Of a stretch of 64,000 nt of DNA, positions 46,114 to 58,395 are shown in pieces (positions within the stretch are counted from its first letter, which is position 1; every line of letters begins with the position of its first letter). The position numbers and the translations under genes are program-made. The stretch lies in contig JAJNQA010000021.1 in the NCBI GenBank assembly GCA_021155085.1, forward strand, positions 2,875-66,874, given 5' to 3'. The notes beneath the pieces are model-generated. The model searched no databases. It saw nothing but the letters and a program-made list of their open reading frames with translations, and was not told the origin of the DNA. This DNA is from Heliomicrobium sp. (GTDB lineage: Bacteria; Acidobacteriota; Blastocatellia; RBC074).

Positions 46114-47157
46114 ATGATCAAAACTTTGGAATGGACTGCGGAAGGCGTGGTGATGATTGACCAGCGTCTTCTGCCGACGGAAGAAGTTTATCCGGTCTTC
46201 CGCAATTACGAGGAAGTCGCCTGGGCAATCAAAGAAATGGTGGTGCGCGGCGCTCCTGCTATTGGAGTTGCGGCGGCCATGGGAGTTGCGCTCGGCGCTC
46301 GCGATGCGCAGACAGATGATCCCGGTCATTTTGATCAGGCATTTAATCAAATTTGCCAGGTGCTCGGCGCAACCCGCCCCACCGCCGTCAATCTGTTCTG
46401 GGCCATCGAGCGGATGCGTGCTCTATACACGAAGCTGAAAAGCCAGAATGCCTCGCTCCAAGAAATTCGCGCGCAACTGATCGCTGAGGCCCAACGGATG
46501 CACGACGAAGACATCGCAGCCAATCGCGCGATGGGACGTTTCGGCGCGGAGTTGGTTCCTGATGGCGCAACCGTGCTGACACACTGTAATGCAGGCGCTC
46601 TGGCCACAGCCGGTTATGGAACTGCCCTGGGGGTCATTCGCGCCGCAGTCGAAGCCGGCAAGAAAATTGCCGTCTACGCCGACGAAACCCGCCCGTTTTT
46701 ACAAGGCGCACGACTGACCGCCTGGGAACTTCATAAGGACGACATCCCGGTGACATTGATCACAGACAACATGGCCGGCCACTTTATGAAAGGCCGCAAA
46801 ATTGATTGCGTCATTGTCGGCGCGGATCGCATTGCCGCCAACGGCGATGTGGCGAACAAAATCGGCACCTATTCCGTCGCGGTGCTGGCCAAGGAAAACA
46901 ACATTCCCTTTTACGTCGCCGCCCCGATTTCGACACTGGACTTGAGTCTGGAATCAGGCGAGTTGATTCCGATTGAAGAACGCACTGAACTGGAAGTGAC
47001 CCACGTCAAGGGTGCGCAGTTGGCCCCAACAGGAATCAAAGTTGCCAACCCGGCCTTTGACGTGACGCCGAACCGCTATGTTGCGGCAATCATCACCGAG
47101 CGGGGCATTGCCCGCCCACCGTACCAGGAAAGTCTGCGGCGGCTGGCAAGCGATTGA
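46114..47157 (+). CDS. mtnA: S-methyl-5-thioribose-1-phosphate isomerase (eIF-2B alpha/beta/delta family).
   Basis: Start [21 protein letters not shown]... and [10 protein letters not shown], colinear with MtnA over 347 aa. Confidence 0.85.
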   Translation: MIKTLEWTAEGVVMIDQRLLPTEEVYPVFRNYEEVAWAIKEMVVRGAPAIGVAAAMGVALGARDAQTDDPGHFDQAFNQICQVLGATRPTAVNLFWAIERMRALYTKLKSQNASLQEIRAQLIAEAQRMHDEDIAANRAMGRFGAELVPDGATVLTHCNAGALATAGYGTALGVIRAAVEAGKKIAVYADETRPFLQGARLTAWELHKDDIPVTLITDNMAGHFMKGRKIDCVIVGADRIAANGDVANKIGTYSVAVLAKENNIPFYVAAPISTLDLSLESGELIPIEERTELEVTHVKGAQLAPTGIKVANPAFDVTPNRYVAAIITERGIARPPYQESLRRLASD

Positions 47158-47295
47158 TTCTGAAACTGCATTATCACGGCCGGATCAACAGAGTTTGACC
47201 GAATAGAAAGAATGAAAGATTGCCTGCGATTGTCCCTGCAAACCCAGGTCAATCCTGTTGGTCCGGTCGAAACATCTTTTCACGTGGGAGCATCT

Positions 47296-48135
47296 ATGCC
47301 TTCAAACAACTCGGCGACGCGGGTTGGAGTATACGTTGACGTCGCCAATATCAATCGTAACGGCGGCTACGGCATGGGGTATGAAGTTTTGCGAGAATTC
47401 GCCTGCCGCGATAAAGCCGAAGCCATGCGTCTGAACGCCTATGTCAGTTACGATGCCGAAAAAGCCCGCCGCGATTCGTATTACTTCCATCGCACCAACA
47501 GCTTCTATTCGGTGCTTCGCGATTTTGGATATAAAGTTATTCAGAAAGAGGTCAAGTGGTTTACCGACGAAGACGGCAACCGCGTCGCCAAAGCCAACGC
47601 CGATCTGGATCTGGCGGTGGACGCCCTGCTGCAATCGGAAAAACTGGACCGCGTCTTGCTGGTCACCGGTGATGGAGATTTCGTGCAGGTTGTCCGTGCG
47701 CTGCAAAACAAAGGTTGCCGTGTCGAGGTTGTGGCATTCAAAAACGTTTCACACGAATTGCGCCGCGAAGCGGACATGTTTATGTCCGGTCACTTGATTC
47801 CCCATTTGCTGCCGATTGACCGCGGCCTGGAGGAAAACATCTGGGGTGAAATTGATCATCGCGTGCGCGGCATTTGCTACTACCATAAGAATGACTTCGG
47901 CTTTATGCGCTTCCTCAAACGCATTGATCCAAACCTGTGGCTAACCGACGCCAAACATCCCGATTCGCCATACGGCACGGCCTGGTTCCACGATACCAGT
48001 CTGCCATTGGGTTCCAACGGCTCCATCAGCCACGAATTGCCCAGCCGCCGATACATCTTCGAATTCAAACTGATTAAAGCCGATCAGGACAAGGGGCTGC
48101 GCGCCGTGGACATTCAAATCCTGGCGGAGTTGTAG
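47296..48135 (+). CDS. NYN/LabA-like domain protein with a C-terminal cold-shock-like (OB fold) domain.
   Basis: NYN core has VGVYVDVANI...LVTGDGDF...VEVVAF. C-terminal GICYYHKNDFGFMRF...TAWFHDTSL resembles the CSD RNP1/RNP2 motifs. Confidence 0.6.
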   Translation: MPSNNSATRVGVYVDVANINRNGGYGMGYEVLREFACRDKAEAMRLNAYVSYDAEKARRDSYYFHRTNSFYSVLRDFGYKVIQKEVKWFTDEDGNRVAKANADLDLAVDALLQSEKLDRVLLVTGDGDFVQVVRALQNKGCRVEVVAFKNVSHELRREADMFMSGHLIPHLLPIDRGLEENIWGEIDHRVRGICYYHKNDFGFMRFLKRIDPNLWLTDAKHPDSPYGTAWFHDTSLPLGSNGSISHELPSRRYIFEFKLIKADQDKGLRAVDIQILAEL

Positions 48136-48188
48136 CAAGTAATCGCAGTGGTGACCGGAAGATTGTTTCGGGATTGATCAACTCTCTG

Positions 48189-48216
48189 TTCACGAAACAG
48201 ACAGACACTGTATAAT
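48189..48216 (+). promoter_or_regulatory. Candidate sigma70-like promoter (TTCACG, 16-bp spacer, TATAAT) upstream of the SBBP gene.
   Basis: Read directly. It lies ~115 bp upstream of the ATG at 48330. Confidence 0.3.
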
Positions 48217-48329
48217 CCCCGCCGATGCGGTTGTCGCGAGTTCAGAACGAACTTTAGCCCCTTCATCAATCACCCCCGCGCCGCAACGGTGATTCAGTGC
48301 CCCAGTCGAATGAAACAATCAGGTTGATC

Positions 48330-51287
48330 ATGACTAAGCAATTCCCTATGCACGCACGGGCCGGAACTTCAGCCTTGTTGATCGGCTTACTAACCTGGCT
48401 GGGTGTTTTCGGTGTGCTGATGCAATCATCTTGGCGATCAGTTCAGCCGGCGTCCGGCGCCCAACCCAAGCTCCCAATTCCAACAGTTCAGTTACAGGTG
48501 AAAGAAGCGCTAAACAAGTTGCCGCTCAGCTTTGAAGCGAATCGCGGGCAAACAGACAAGACAGTTCAATATATTTCGCGCGGGACGAACTACACGGTCT
48601 ATTTGTCTTCAGCGGAGGCCCGGTTCGAATTGCCTGGCCCCCCCAACAGACACACGGCGTTCAACCTGCAACTGGCCGGAGCCTGCTTCAACGGGCCGAT
48701 TGAAGGCTTGGATCCCTTGCCCGCCCGCAGCAATTACTTCATTGGCAACAATCCGGATGAATGGCAGACCGATGTCCCAAGCTTTGCCCGCGTGCGGCAA
48801 CAAAATGTCTACCCCGGCATTGACGTCATTTTTTACGGCAACCGGCAACAGCTTGAATATGATTTCGTTGTCGCGCCGCATGCCAATCCGCAACAGATCA
48901 AACTGGCGTTCAAGGGCGCGCCCCGAATCGAACTGGATGGCAAGGGTGATTTACTGATTAATGCCGGCATCTCGGATCAGGCGTCTGATCGGCAAATGCT
49001 GATGCACAAGCCGGTGATTTATCAGGAAACCAATGGGCAGAGACAGGTGGTTGAAGGCGGCTTTACGATTGATGAATCGCAAACAGTTGGTTTTGAACTG
49101 GGTGATTATGACGCCAGTCTGCCGCTGGTGATTGATCCGGTTGTTGATTATGCGACCTATGCGGGCGGCAGCGGGACCGACATCGGTTACAGCATCGCGG
49201 TTGACCAACAGGGTTACGTCTATATCACCGGTCAAACCTCCTCGCTGAATTTTCCGACCAAAAGCGCCTTTGCCACCACGCTCAATGGCGCGAACGATGC
49301 GTTTGTGATGAAGCTCAGCCAGAATGGATCGAGCGTCATCTTTTCGACTTTCATCGGCGGGCGCAATCCAGGGGACAAAGGTTCGGCGATCACCGTGGAC
49401 AAAGCCGGCAACATCTACTTCGCGGGTGAAACGAATTCGCTCAACTTTCCGACCGCCAACGCTGCATTTCCAACCTTTCGCGGCAACATTGACGCCTTCA
49501 TCGCCAAATTCAATATTGATGGCAACGTACTGATCTATTCGACCTACTTTGGCGGAACTTTTTTCGATGGAGCTTATGACATCGCACTCGACCGATTCGA
49601 CAATGCCTATGTCACGGGCCGCACTTCATCAATTAACCTGCCAATGAAAAATGCGCTGCAACCCGCACTGAACGGCCAGCAAGATGCGTTCGTGACGAAA
49701 TTCGATCCTGACGGCGCGCTGCTTTATTCCACCTACCTTGGAGGCGGGCTTTCACCGGGCGCGAGCCGTGATGACGAGGCTGGCTACAGCATCGCCGTTG
49801 ATTCGCAGCAGAATGTTTATGTCACCGGCTTCACTTCCTCATCCAGTTTTCCCACGGTCAATGCGTTCCAAAACACTTTCGGCGGCGTCGAGGATGCTTT
49901 TTTGACCAAGATCAATGCGGCGGGATCGGCATTGATCTATTCGACGTTTCTGGGTGGAGACCGCGCTGAAGAAGCAAGCGCGATTGCGGTGGATGCGCTC
50001 GGCAATGCGTATGTCACCGGCTACACCTTCTCGATTGATTTCCCGATTACGGCGACCGCGCTGCAAAGGCTCTACGGCGGCAATGTGGATGCCTTCGTCA
50101 CGAAGTTCAACGCCACAGGCTCGGCGCTGCTCTATTCCACTTTTCTAGGCGGCAATGGGGCGGAAAACACCGGGCTGGTGTCAGACAATCTGCCGGTCGG
50201 CGGCATAGTGGTTGACAATCTGGGGTACGCTTATGTGACGGGAAAAACCGAATCGGCGAACTTTCCCGTCGTGCGGGCGCTGCAACCTTCCCTGCGCGGC
50301 GATGGCGATGCGTTTATCGCGAAGATTGATCCGGCCGGAACGGAACTGGTCTATTCCACCTATCTGGGAAGCAGTTTCACCGGCAACAATGGCTTCGATG
50401 AACGCGGCTTGGACCTGACACTGGACAAGGCGGGAAGTATTTATGTTACCGGCCAGGTGTTGAAAGACGATTTTTCAACCGTCGCGCCGATGCAGATGAA
50501 TTTCGGCGGCGGGCTGAGTGACGCTTTCGTGACGAAAATTTCATCGCCGGACATTGTCACCATCGCCGCGGTTTCCGCCGCCAGCTTCGTGGGCGCGTCG
50601 CTGGCCCCCGAAGAAATCACCGCCGTTTTCGGCACGAATCTGGCCAGCGGAGCCGAGCTTGCCCAAACGGTACCGCTGCCCACTTCCCTGCTCGGCGCCA
50701 GCGTCAAAGTCAAAGACAGCGCCGGCGTGGAACGTCCGGCCGGGCTGTTTTTTGTCTCGCCCGGCCAGATCAATTTTCAAATCCCTTCCGGCACCGCCCT
50801 GGGCAAAGCGACAATCACCGCGACCAACGCCCAAGCTGTTTCGATGAGCACATCGGTTTTGATCGAAAAAACCGCGCCGGGCTTGTTTGCCGCCAACGCC
50901 AACGGCCAGGGCGTTGCCGCGGCGGTATTGGTTCGGGTCAAGCCCGACAGTTCACAAATCTTCGAGCCGGTCATCCAACTCAATAATCAAAACCAATTCG
51001 TTCCCGCCCCGATTGATTTCGGCCCCGACCTGGGAAATGCCAGCGACCAACTCTTTCTGATTCTGTTCGGCACAGGCTGGCGAGGCCGCAGCGTGCTGGA
51101 CAAAGTCCGGGCGCAGATCGCCGACATCCCGGTCCCCGTGCTTTACGCCGGAGCACAAGGAGATTTCATCGGCGAGGACCAAATCAATCTGCAATTGCCG
51201 CGCGCTTTGGCCGGACGCGGCGAGGTAAACATCTCAATTACCGTGGATGGACAAATCGTCAATCTGGTGACAGTGGCGTTTCGGTAG
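48330..51287 (+). CDS. Secreted SBBP beta-propeller repeat protein with an Acidobacteria-type TIGR03437 C-terminal domain.
   Basis: Signal/[19 protein letters not shown]. There are at least eight repeats of the form GGxxxDxGxxIAVDxxGNxYVTGxTxSxNFP...DAFVTK. The C-terminal ~250 aa ([24 protein letters not shown]...[23 protein letters not shown]) matches the Solibacter-type terminal domain. Confidence 0.75.
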   Translation: MTKQFPMHARAGTSALLIGLLTWLGVFGVLMQSSWRSVQPASGAQPKLPIPTVQLQVKEALNKLPLSFEANRGQTDKTVQYISRGTNYTVYLSSAEARFELPGPPNRHTAFNLQLAGACFNGPIEGLDPLPARSNYFIGNNPDEWQTDVPSFARVRQQNVYPGIDVIFYGNRQQLEYDFVVAPHANPQQIKLAFKGAPRIELDGKGDLLINAGISDQASDRQMLMHKPVIYQETNGQRQVVEGGFTIDESQTVGFELGDYDASLPLVIDPVVDYATYAGGSGTDIGYSIAVDQQGYVYITGQTSSLNFPTKSAFATTLNGANDAFVMKLSQNGSSVIFSTFIGGRNPGDKGSAITVDKAGNIYFAGETNSLNFPTANAAFPTFRGNIDAFIAKFNIDGNVLIYSTYFGGTFFDGAYDIALDRFDNAYVTGRTSSINLPMKNALQPALNGQQDAFVTKFDPDGALLYSTYLGGGLSPGASRDDEAGYSIAVDSQQNVYVTGFTSSSSFPTVNAFQNTFGGVEDAFLTKINAAGSALIYSTFLGGDRAEEASAIAVDALGNAYVTGYTFSIDFPITATALQRLYGGNVDAFVTKFNATGSALLYSTFLGGNGAENTGLVSDNLPVGGIVVDNLGYAYVTGKTESANFPVVRALQPSLRGDGDAFIAKIDPAGTELVYSTYLGSSFTGNNGFDERGLDLTLDKAGSIYVTGQVLKDDFSTVAPMQMNFGGGLSDAFVTKISSPDIVTIAAVSAASFVGASLAPEEITAVFGTNLASGAELAQTVPLPTSLLGASVKVKDSAGVERPAGLFFVSPGQINFQIPSGTALGKATITATNAQAVSMSTSVLIEKTAPGLFAANANGQGVAAAVLVRVKPDSSQIFEPVIQLNNQNQFVPAPIDFGPDLGNASDQLFLILFGTGWRGRSVLDKVRAQIADIPVPVLYAGAQGDFIGEDQINLQLPRALAGRGEVNISITVDGQIVNLVTVAFR

Positions 51288-51297
51288 TCACGCCCTT

Positions 51298-51331
51298 CCC
51301 CGGCGTTGATCTGGCCCCGGCGTTGATCTGG
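51298..51331. repeat. Perfect tandem 17-bp direct repeat (ccccggcgttgatctgg x2) in a convergent intergenic region.
   Basis: Read directly. Confidence 0.7.
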
Positions 51332-51365
51332 ACGCAGGGGTATTTCGCTCCAACCAGTCTTGAAT

Positions 51366-54002
51366 TCACCAACCGACCTGCAGGCTAAACTTGAAAGTCC
51401 GCCCTTCATTCAGCGTGTTCGTGATCGCACCGAAGTTTGGATTGGCCAGTTCAAACCCCGGCTCAGCGAATTGCGGCGTGTTGAACAGATTGTTGGATTC
51501 GGCGCGGAATGACAGCCGCAGATCCTGTTTGAACGCCCATGACCGCGAGAGCTGTGCGTTGACATTGCGAATCGGCCCTTTGCGAAACACGTTGCGGCCA
51601 AGCGAACCGCGTTCAGCCAGCCCCACAATCTCATCTGGCCGCATGAAACGAAACGCACTTCGGAGCAGCAACTGACGAGAAGTGTCCGGGTCGGCAATCG
51701 TCCGCCCAAGAATCGAAGGATCAAGCAGGATCGGGCGGTCGCCGCCGTTGCCATCCACATTGCCGAACCCCGGCCCGTCAGAGCCCGTGGAAAGGTTGAA
51801 CGGGATTCCGGTTTTGACCAGCGCCACTGCGGAAACACTCCAGCCGCTGGCGACAGCGGAAACCCAGCGATTGAATTTCGGCGCTCGAATCGCATAACTG
51901 GTTCTGAGCAGAAAAGCGTGCGTCTGGTCGAAATCGCTGAGCCCTTTCATATCGCGCTGAGTTTCGTACTCAGTTTGACTGCGCGACTTGCGCGAGTCGT
52001 TTTCGTTGGCGGTGTTGGTGTAACTCGCGCCCAGGTCAATCGCCTTGCTAAACCAGTATGAAGCATCCACCGTCAGCCCTCGCCAGTTCGGCAGCACGAA
52101 CGAAACACGCGCCGCATCGAAATAGCCCTGAGAACCGTTCACCGTCAGCCGGTAATCGGCAATGTCCTGATTCGCGCGGCGTTCATTGACCGTCGCGGTC
52201 GTGATCTTTGACACATCGGCCACCGGATGCGCACGGTTCAGATACCACAGCACCAGCAGTTTGTGAGACCGGCTGCCGACATAGCCGAACTGCAACCGCG
52301 CGGCCTTGTTCCAGTCCGGCTCCCAACTCAGATTGTATTGGTGCGAATACGGCGTCGCCAGTTCAGGATCGAGCGCGTATACCGTCGGTTTGCCGATCCT
52401 GCCTTCAAAGGGATTGAACAGGCTTTGCGGCGCAACCACAACGACTTTGTTGTTCAGCGGCGGACTGAATCGAATCTGCTGAAAACTGACGAAGAAGATT
52501 TCGCCAAAATGCGTTCCAGACCCGCCGCGAATCACGCCCAGGCGACTAGGCAGGCGATACGCGAAACCGAATGCCGGCCCCAGATTGTTCCAGTCGCTGT
52601 CATAGGGAATCCGGTTGAGGCCATTCACCTCCACAGGCTTTGTCACAGGCTGCCAGCGCAACCCATATTGCAGATTCAATTGCGGCGAAAGCTGCCATTT
52701 GTCGCCCGCATACAATTGCGCTTCCCACATCCGAAAACCGCGATGAATGTCACCCACCGAACCGATGTATTGCGATGGTTTCCCCAACCGGAAATTCGTT
52801 ACCGCATCAGTTCCGAAATCATTGCTGAACGAAAAAAAACCACGATGCACATCCGTTTCGCTGCCGTTGATTTGACGGCGGACAAGCCCCCCGCCGGCGG
52901 CCCAGGTGTGTTTGCCATCCGCGCGTTGCCATTGCGCTCCGGCACGGATCTGATTTTGTGCGCGATCAATCGGAATGGTTCCGTCCGGGCCAAGACTGGT
53001 CAGTCCGGAGGGCGAAACAAAAGGCCCGACGGCATTCTCTTCCGGTTGCAGCAGTGAACTCAGCCGGTCGTAACTGAGCACGATATTCGTCAAGGTTTTC
53101 GTGCTCCAGATATGCGTCCAGGCTATCCGCGCCAGATGCGATTTGGTGTCCGTATCGGGGTTCTGCCCGGCGACAAGCTGAAAAGCGTCCACGTTTTGAT
53201 TCGTGAACTGATACTGCAACGCCAGTGTGTCGCGGCGGCCCAGGGTGTGATCCAGACGCAAACCAACCTGGTGATTGTTGATCGCTTGCGGAGCGTTGGT
53301 ATTCAACGCGCGCGCATTAATGTCCGTGCGGTTGGGCAGTTCTTTTGGATACGCATTCAGAAATTTCACCACCAGCGCGCGCGTCGCCGGATCGTCCGTG
53401 AGCGGCGTGCGTTCGTCCGGTCTGGGAACCAGCACATTGCCATTGACCGACCCGCGAATCTTTTGCTGAGCGGCTTCAACGAAAAGCTTCGTGCGCGCGC
53501 CGAGTCCAAACCCGGCATTGAAGCCATAATCGTTTTCGCGCGCCGGTTTGACCGCGCCGACCTGAAAGAACGACCGCGCGGTGAAAACGCTGTTGAGATG
53601 GCTTTCGTAAAGCTGGCCATGAAACCCTGCGCGCAGCGGCGCTGGCAGGGAAACTGCCGGACGCGGCGCGTTGCCGAACTCCGAGCCGAAATAATTGCTG
53701 GCTGGATTGAACTCACGAATGATTGTGGCCGTCGTTCCCAACCGGACATTCAGTTCCTTGAGCGCGCCATTGTCCACCAGATTGAATTGGACGTTTTCAT
53801 TGCGCCGGCTTTCGCCGGACGCCGAATCCGTCTTGCCCAGCATGTTCAACTCGACGCGTTTGCTGGAATCCGCTGGTTTTGATTCTTCGGCACTCTGCTT
53901 TTCCGGCTGGGAAGGTTTGCCGGTCTGTTGCGCCAAACAAGTGGCCAGCCCCACGATGAGGCAGACAAACGTTTGGCAAAAGGACGTATTCAATCGCGCC
54001 AT
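51366..54002 (-). CDS. Outer-membrane TonB-dependent receptor-like beta-barrel protein (tentative).
   Basis: ATG at 54002 follows GAGAGGGAAA and opens a signal peptide ending ...GLATCLAQQ. The 878-aa product has alternating beta-strand-like composition and a C-terminal aromatic end (FSLQVGW). Confidence 0.5.
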   Translation of the reverse strand: MARLNTSFCQTFVCLIVGLATCLAQQTGKPSQPEKQSAEESKPADSSKRVELNMLGKTDSASGESRRNENVQFNLVDNGALKELNVRLGTTATIIREFNPASNYFGSEFGNAPRPAVSLPAPLRAGFHGQLYESHLNSVFTARSFFQVGAVKPARENDYGFNAGFGLGARTKLFVEAAQQKIRGSVNGNVLVPRPDERTPLTDDPATRALVVKFLNAYPKELPNRTDINARALNTNAPQAINNHQVGLRLDHTLGRRDTLALQYQFTNQNVDAFQLVAGQNPDTDTKSHLARIAWTHIWSTKTLTNIVLSYDRLSSLLQPEENAVGPFVSPSGLTSLGPDGTIPIDRAQNQIRAGAQWQRADGKHTWAAGGGLVRRQINGSETDVHRGFFSFSNDFGTDAVTNFRLGKPSQYIGSVGDIHRGFRMWEAQLYAGDKWQLSPQLNLQYGLRWQPVTKPVEVNGLNRIPYDSDWNNLGPAFGFAYRLPSRLGVIRGGSGTHFGEIFFVSFQQIRFSPPLNNKVVVVAPQSLFNPFEGRIGKPTVYALDPELATPYSHQYNLSWEPDWNKAARLQFGYVGSRSHKLLVLWYLNRAHPVADVSKITTATVNERRANQDIADYRLTVNGSQGYFDAARVSFVLPNWRGLTVDASYWFSKAIDLGASYTNTANENDSRKSRSQTEYETQRDMKGLSDFDQTHAFLLRTSYAIRAPKFNRWVSAVASGWSVSAVALVKTGIPFNLSTGSDGPGFGNVDGNGGDRPILLDPSILGRTIADPDTSRQLLLRSAFRFMRPDEIVGLAERGSLGRNVFRKGPIRNVNAQLSRSWAFKQDLRLSFRAESNNLFNTPQFAEPGFELANPNFGAITNTLNEGRTFKFSLQVGW

Positions 54003-54182
54003 TTTCCCTCTCAATTGATTTGTTGCAGGCGAGTCGCTTGTGAATCAAGCGGGCGCACTATAACAAACTTGCCGACGCTATGTGAAAGACGCCTTGCTTG
54101 ACAGTCAGCAGAGCGTTGATTACCTTCGCGACGCCACGCAAAGTTGTCAAACATTCACGCGATCAACAATCGGCAAAACCGC

Positions 54183-55775
54183 ATGCAACCGATCCAATCC
54201 TTCGTTGACATAAAGTCTGAACACTATCGGGCGAATCATGCCGCGAATTTTCAGAACATCCTGCGACTGCAAAAAGCATTAATGGAATCCACGCTCGGCG
54301 GCGGCGAACAGTACGTCAAACGCCACATCGCGCGCGGCAAACTCCTTCCACGAGAACGCATAGAAATGCTGCTGGACGAAGGTTCGTACTTTCTGGAAAT
54401 CGCGCCGCTTGCCGGCGTGGCGATGGAAAACGAATTCGTCGGTGCGGGCGTTGTCGGCGGCGTGGGGCTGGTTTCCGGCCGGCAATGCTTCATCATCGCC
54501 AACGAAGCCACCGTCAAAGGCGGTGCGGTCAGTGAAATCGGCGCGCGCAAAAACGCCCGGCTGGCTGAAGTCGTGGCGACCAATCATCTGCCTTCGATTT
54601 CACTGGTCGAATCCGCCGGTGCTGATTTGCCTGTGCAACATAAAATTTTCGTCCCAGGCGGCGCGGGCTTTAAGGAAATCACGCGGCGGTCGAAGAACCG
54701 CATCCCCAGCATTTCGGTCGTGTTCGGCAATTCAACGGCGGGCGGCGCGTATCTGCCGGGAATGTCCGATTACGTCGTGATGGTCAAGAAACAAGCGCAG
54801 GTCTTTCTCGGCGGACCGCCGCTGGTCAAAATGGCGACAGGCGAAATCGTGGACGAAGAGAGTTTGGGCGGCGCGGAAATGCACTCGAAGATTTCCGGTC
54901 TTTCCGATTATCTGGCCGAAAACGAACTCGACGGATTGCGCATTGCCCGCGAAATTGTCTCGCATTTGCAGCCAAGTATTGAGCCGCAACGCGCAGCCAC
55001 GGAAGCACCGCTCTATCCCGCCGACGAATTGCTGGGCATCACTTCTGCCGATGTGCGCGTCCCCTTCGATGTCAAAGAAGTCATCGCCCGCATCGTGGAT
55101 GGCTCCCGCTTCGAAGAGTTCAAGTCACGCTACGGCGCGACGCTCATCACCGGCTGGGCACGCATTCACGGCTTTCTGGTGGGCATTCTGGGCAACAACG
55201 GCGTGCTGCTTTCCGAATCCGCTGGCAAGGGCGCGCAATTCATCCAGCTTTGCAATCAGCAAAACATCCCGCTCATCTTCCTGCAAAACATCACGGGCTT
55301 TATGGTCGGGCGAAGTTACGAAGAGCAAGGCATCATCCGCAATGGCGCGAAGCTGATCAATGCCGTGTCCAATTCCACCGTCCCGGCCATCACGGTAATG
55401 ATCGGCAGCAGTTACGGCGCGGGCAATTACGCGATGTGCGGACGGTCTTATGATCCGCGATTCGTTTTCACCTGGCCGAATCATCGCATTGCCGTGATGG
55501 GCGGCCAGCAACTGGCCGGCGTGATGGACATCATCAAACGCGATGCCGCCGCGCGATCAGGCCAGCCGATTGACGAAGCCAAACAGGCGATGGCCAAACA
55601 AATGCTGGAAGCGCAGATTGAAAAAGAATCCGATCCGTACTTCGCGACGGCGCGGCTGTGGGATGACGGCATCATTGACCCCCGCGACACCAGAACCGTG
55701 CTGGCGATTGCGCTGATGGCTGCGCATCAAAAACCGTTCGCGGGAACGATGGAATGGGGAGTATTTCGGCATTGA
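54183..55775 (+). CDS. Methylcrotonyl-CoA carboxylase carboxyltransferase (beta) subunit.
   Basis: Colinear with the MCCase beta/LiuB N-terminus (MQPIQSFVD...[23 protein letters not shown]) and with the acyl-CoA carboxyltransferase core. Confidence 0.8.
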   Translation: MQPIQSFVDIKSEHYRANHAANFQNILRLQKALMESTLGGGEQYVKRHIARGKLLPRERIEMLLDEGSYFLEIAPLAGVAMENEFVGAGVVGGVGLVSGRQCFIIANEATVKGGAVSEIGARKNARLAEVVATNHLPSISLVESAGADLPVQHKIFVPGGAGFKEITRRSKNRIPSISVVFGNSTAGGAYLPGMSDYVVMVKKQAQVFLGGPPLVKMATGEIVDEESLGGAEMHSKISGLSDYLAENELDGLRIAREIVSHLQPSIEPQRAATEAPLYPADELLGITSADVRVPFDVKEVIARIVDGSRFEEFKSRYGATLITGWARIHGFLVGILGNNGVLLSESAGKGAQFIQLCNQQNIPLIFLQNITGFMVGRSYEEQGIIRNGAKLINAVSNSTVPAITVMIGSSYGAGNYAMCGRSYDPRFVFTWPNHRIAVMGGQQLAGVMDIIKRDAAARSGQPIDEAKQAMAKQMLEAQIEKESDPYFATARLWDDGIIDPRDTRTVLAIALMAAHQKPFAGTMEWGVFRH

Positions 55776-55849
55776 TGATCCGCCAGAAATGATCGGGCAA
55801 TCTTGTCAGAGATTTGCGGCCAGGGAGCAGGGACCGGAAAAGAGGCTTT

Positions 55850-56227
55850 ATGGAAATAAAAAGCTATCGGGATTTGAAAGTTTGGCAAAAAGCGATGGAG
55901 TTGGTGTTGATGTGCTACAAGCTGACGGAGAAACTACCGAAATCGGAAACGTACGGATTGAGCAGCAAGATTCAAAACACAGCTTCCAGCATTCCGGCAT
56001 ATATTGCTGATGGTCACAGCCGTGAAACAACGGGCGAGTTTCTCAACCGGCTGTCATCGGTTTTGGGTTTTGTGGCAGCGCTTGAAACACATTTGCTGGC
56101 AACTGAAATGTTGTCGTTCCTGCCCATGAAGGACATTCAGCCGACGCTCGATAAATGCGCCGAAGTTGGCAAAATGACCAATGGCTTGATGAAAAGCCTA
56201 AGAAGCGGCGGGCGCCCTAACCCCTGA
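55850..56227 (+). CDS. Four-helix-bundle protein (TIGR02436 / 23S rRNA intervening-sequence protein family), copy 1.
   Basis: Contains [19 protein letters not shown]...IPAYIADGHSR. RBS AAAGAGG. Paralogous to 60958..61323. Confidence 0.75.
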   Translation: MEIKSYRDLKVWQKAMELVLMCYKLTEKLPKSETYGLSSKIQNTASSIPAYIADGHSRETTGEFLNRLSSVLGFVAALETHLLATEMLSFLPMKDIQPTLDKCAEVGKMTNGLMKSLRSGGRPNP

Positions 56228-56265
56228 TCTCAAGCCGCTATTCCCTGACACTTCAAACAAACGGC

Positions 56266-58242
56266 ATGAAACCTTTTCGCAAAATCCTGGTCGCCAATCG
56301 CGGTGAAATCGCGTCACGCGTGCTGCGCACTTGCCGAACAATGGGCATCGCCACGGTCGCGGTTTATTCCGACGCTGATGTCAACTTGCCGCACGTTCGC
56401 TTCGCCGACGAAGCCGTTCATCTGGGCGCTGCGCCCGCTAAAGATTCCTATCTGAATATCGCCAGAATGATTGAAGCCGCCAAACAAACCGGCGCGGAAG
56501 CGATTCATCCCGGCTACGGTTTTCTATCGGAGAATCCCGAATTTGCCGAAGCCTGCGCGGCGGCGGGAATCGTGTTCATCGGTCCGCAGCCGGAAGCGAT
56601 TCGCAAGATGGGATTGAAAAGCCCGGCGCGGAAATTGGCGGCGGCGGCAGGCGCGCCGGTGGTTCCGGGTTACGACGGTGAAAATCAAGATGACGAAACA
56701 CTGCGCGCTGAAATTCTGAAAATCGGCTTCCCTGTTTTGATCAAGGCTTCGGCGGGTGGCGGCGGCAAGGGAATGCGCGTGGTGCGCACGGAAGCCGAAA
56801 TCGCCGACGCCATCGAAAGCGCCCGCCGCGAAGCCGAAAAGGCTTTCGGCAATGGCGCGTTGCTGCTGGAAAAATTCATTGAAGGCGCGCGCCACATCGA
56901 AATCCAGATTCTCGGCGACCAGCACGGCAACCTGGTTCATCTGTTCGAGCGCGATTGCTCGCTGCAACGGCGGCATCAGAAAGTGATTGAAGAAAGCCCT
57001 TCGCCCGCCATCCTTCCGGAAATGCGCGCACGAATGGGCGAAGCGGCGGTCAACATCGGACAGGCAATTGGTTACACCAGCGCGGGCACCATTGAATTCA
57101 TTCTGGCTCCGGGCGGCGAGTTCTATTTCATCGAAGCCAACACGCGATTGCAGGTCGAACATCCCGTAACCGAAATGGTCACCGGATGGGATCTGGTCAA
57201 GCTGCAAATTCAGATTGCCGAAGGCCGTCCCCTGCCTTTAACGCAGAAAGAGTTGAAAGCCACCGGCCACGCCATCGAAGCGCGGCTCTATGCGGAAGAT
57301 CCAAACAACAGTTTCCTGCCCGTCACCGGACGGATTCACCACTGGCGGCTGCCCGCGGGAATTGATGGCGTGCGCGTGGATTCGGGCGTCGAGGCCGGAA
57401 TGGAAGTTGGCATCTATTACGACCCGATGCTGGCCAAACTGATTGCGCACGCTGAAGACCGCGAAACAGCCATTCGCCAATTGTGCTATGCGCTCCGACA
57501 GACTTCGATCCAGGGGGTTCAAACCAACCGCGGCTTTTTGATTCGGCTGCTGCAACACGATACTTTTCAACGGGGCAAGGCGGACATCAGCTTCATCCCG
57601 GAACATTTGGATGAACTCGTGGATGGGGCAAATCCGCGGCTTGAACAGGCTTCAGTCATTGCGGCAGCCTTGTATCTACAACAAAACCAGCAAATGGCGG
57701 ATTCCCTGCTGGCGCGGATTCCGCCGAATTATCGCAATAATCCGTATCGCGCGCCTTCGATGAAGCTGTTGATCGGACAGCAGGAGACAGAGGTTTCTTG
57801 CCGCCATCTTGCGGAGGGCAAGTTTGAGATTGCGGCGCTGGGAGCGATTGCCGTGGCAGAGGTTTTATCCTGTGAACGCGACCGCCTGCGGCTGGCGATT
57901 GACGGCATTCAGCGGGAATTTTGCGTCACGGAAGTGAATGACCGGCTTTTTATTGATTCCTCGCTTGGGGCAAGTGTCATCACGCGACTGCCCCGGCATC
58001 CGATCCCTTCGACGGCGGGTCAGGAAGGCGCGGCGAGTTCGCCCATACCCGGCGTGGTGCTGAAAATTCTGGTCAGCGAAGGCCAGCCCGTCGCCGCCGG
58101 TGAAGCGCTGCTGATTTTGGAAGCGATGAAAATGGAGCAGACCATTCGCGCCACTTCCGACGGCATAGTCGAAGCAATCAAAGTCACACCGGGGCAGGTG
58201 GTTTCCCCCGGCGATGTGCTGGTTCAGGTGCGGACGGTGTAA
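56266..58242 (+). CDS. Methylcrotonyl-CoA carboxylase biotin-carboxylase/BCCP (alpha) subunit.
   Basis: Biotin carboxylase N-terminus KILVANRGEIA. ATP-grasp domain. C-terminal biotinyl domain with EAMKMEQ. Confidence 0.85.
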   Translation: MKPFRKILVANRGEIASRVLRTCRTMGIATVAVYSDADVNLPHVRFADEAVHLGAAPAKDSYLNIARMIEAAKQTGAEAIHPGYGFLSENPEFAEACAAAGIVFIGPQPEAIRKMGLKSPARKLAAAAGAPVVPGYDGENQDDETLRAEILKIGFPVLIKASAGGGGKGMRVVRTEAEIADAIESARREAEKAFGNGALLLEKFIEGARHIEIQILGDQHGNLVHLFERDCSLQRRHQKVIEESPSPAILPEMRARMGEAAVNIGQAIGYTSAGTIEFILAPGGEFYFIEANTRLQVEHPVTEMVTGWDLVKLQIQIAEGRPLPLTQKELKATGHAIEARLYAEDPNNSFLPVTGRIHHWRLPAGIDGVRVDSGVEAGMEVGIYYDPMLAKLIAHAEDRETAIRQLCYALRQTSIQGVQTNRGFLIRLLQHDTFQRGKADISFIPEHLDELVDGANPRLEQASVIAAALYLQQNQQMADSLLARIPPNYRNNPYRAPSMKLLIGQQETEVSCRHLAEGKFEIAALGAIAVAEVLSCERDRLRLAIDGIQREFCVTEVNDRLFIDSSLGASVITRLPRHPIPSTAGQEGAASSPIPGVVLKILVSEGQPVAAGEALLILEAMKMEQTIRATSDGIVEAIKVTPGQVVSPGDVLVQVRTV

Positions 58243-58395
58243 CCGGGAACCGGCACGACTCAAATCGAAGGCACCAGCCGTTTCGTGGCTACACCGAAAA
58301 TGATATTGTTTGCCACGCCAGCGAATGACTGGCTTCCCTTCTCAACAAGTCTTCAAACAATATTTCATTGAGCACCAACACGGAGGCAAAAAACC

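Noticed and set aside
52227-53057. 276-aa plus-strand ORF, and 53112..53882 (256 aa).
   Set aside because: They lie antisense to the outer-membrane receptor gene 51366..54002.
55776-56265. Searched for an inverted repeat flanking four-helix-bundle gene copy 1, analogous to copy 2.
   Set aside because: Only a 6-7-nt complementarity (ctgaca/caggga-type) was found, which is not distinguishable from chance.
56524-57207. 227-aa minus-strand ORF.
   Set aside because: It lies antisense to the MCCase alpha subunit gene.
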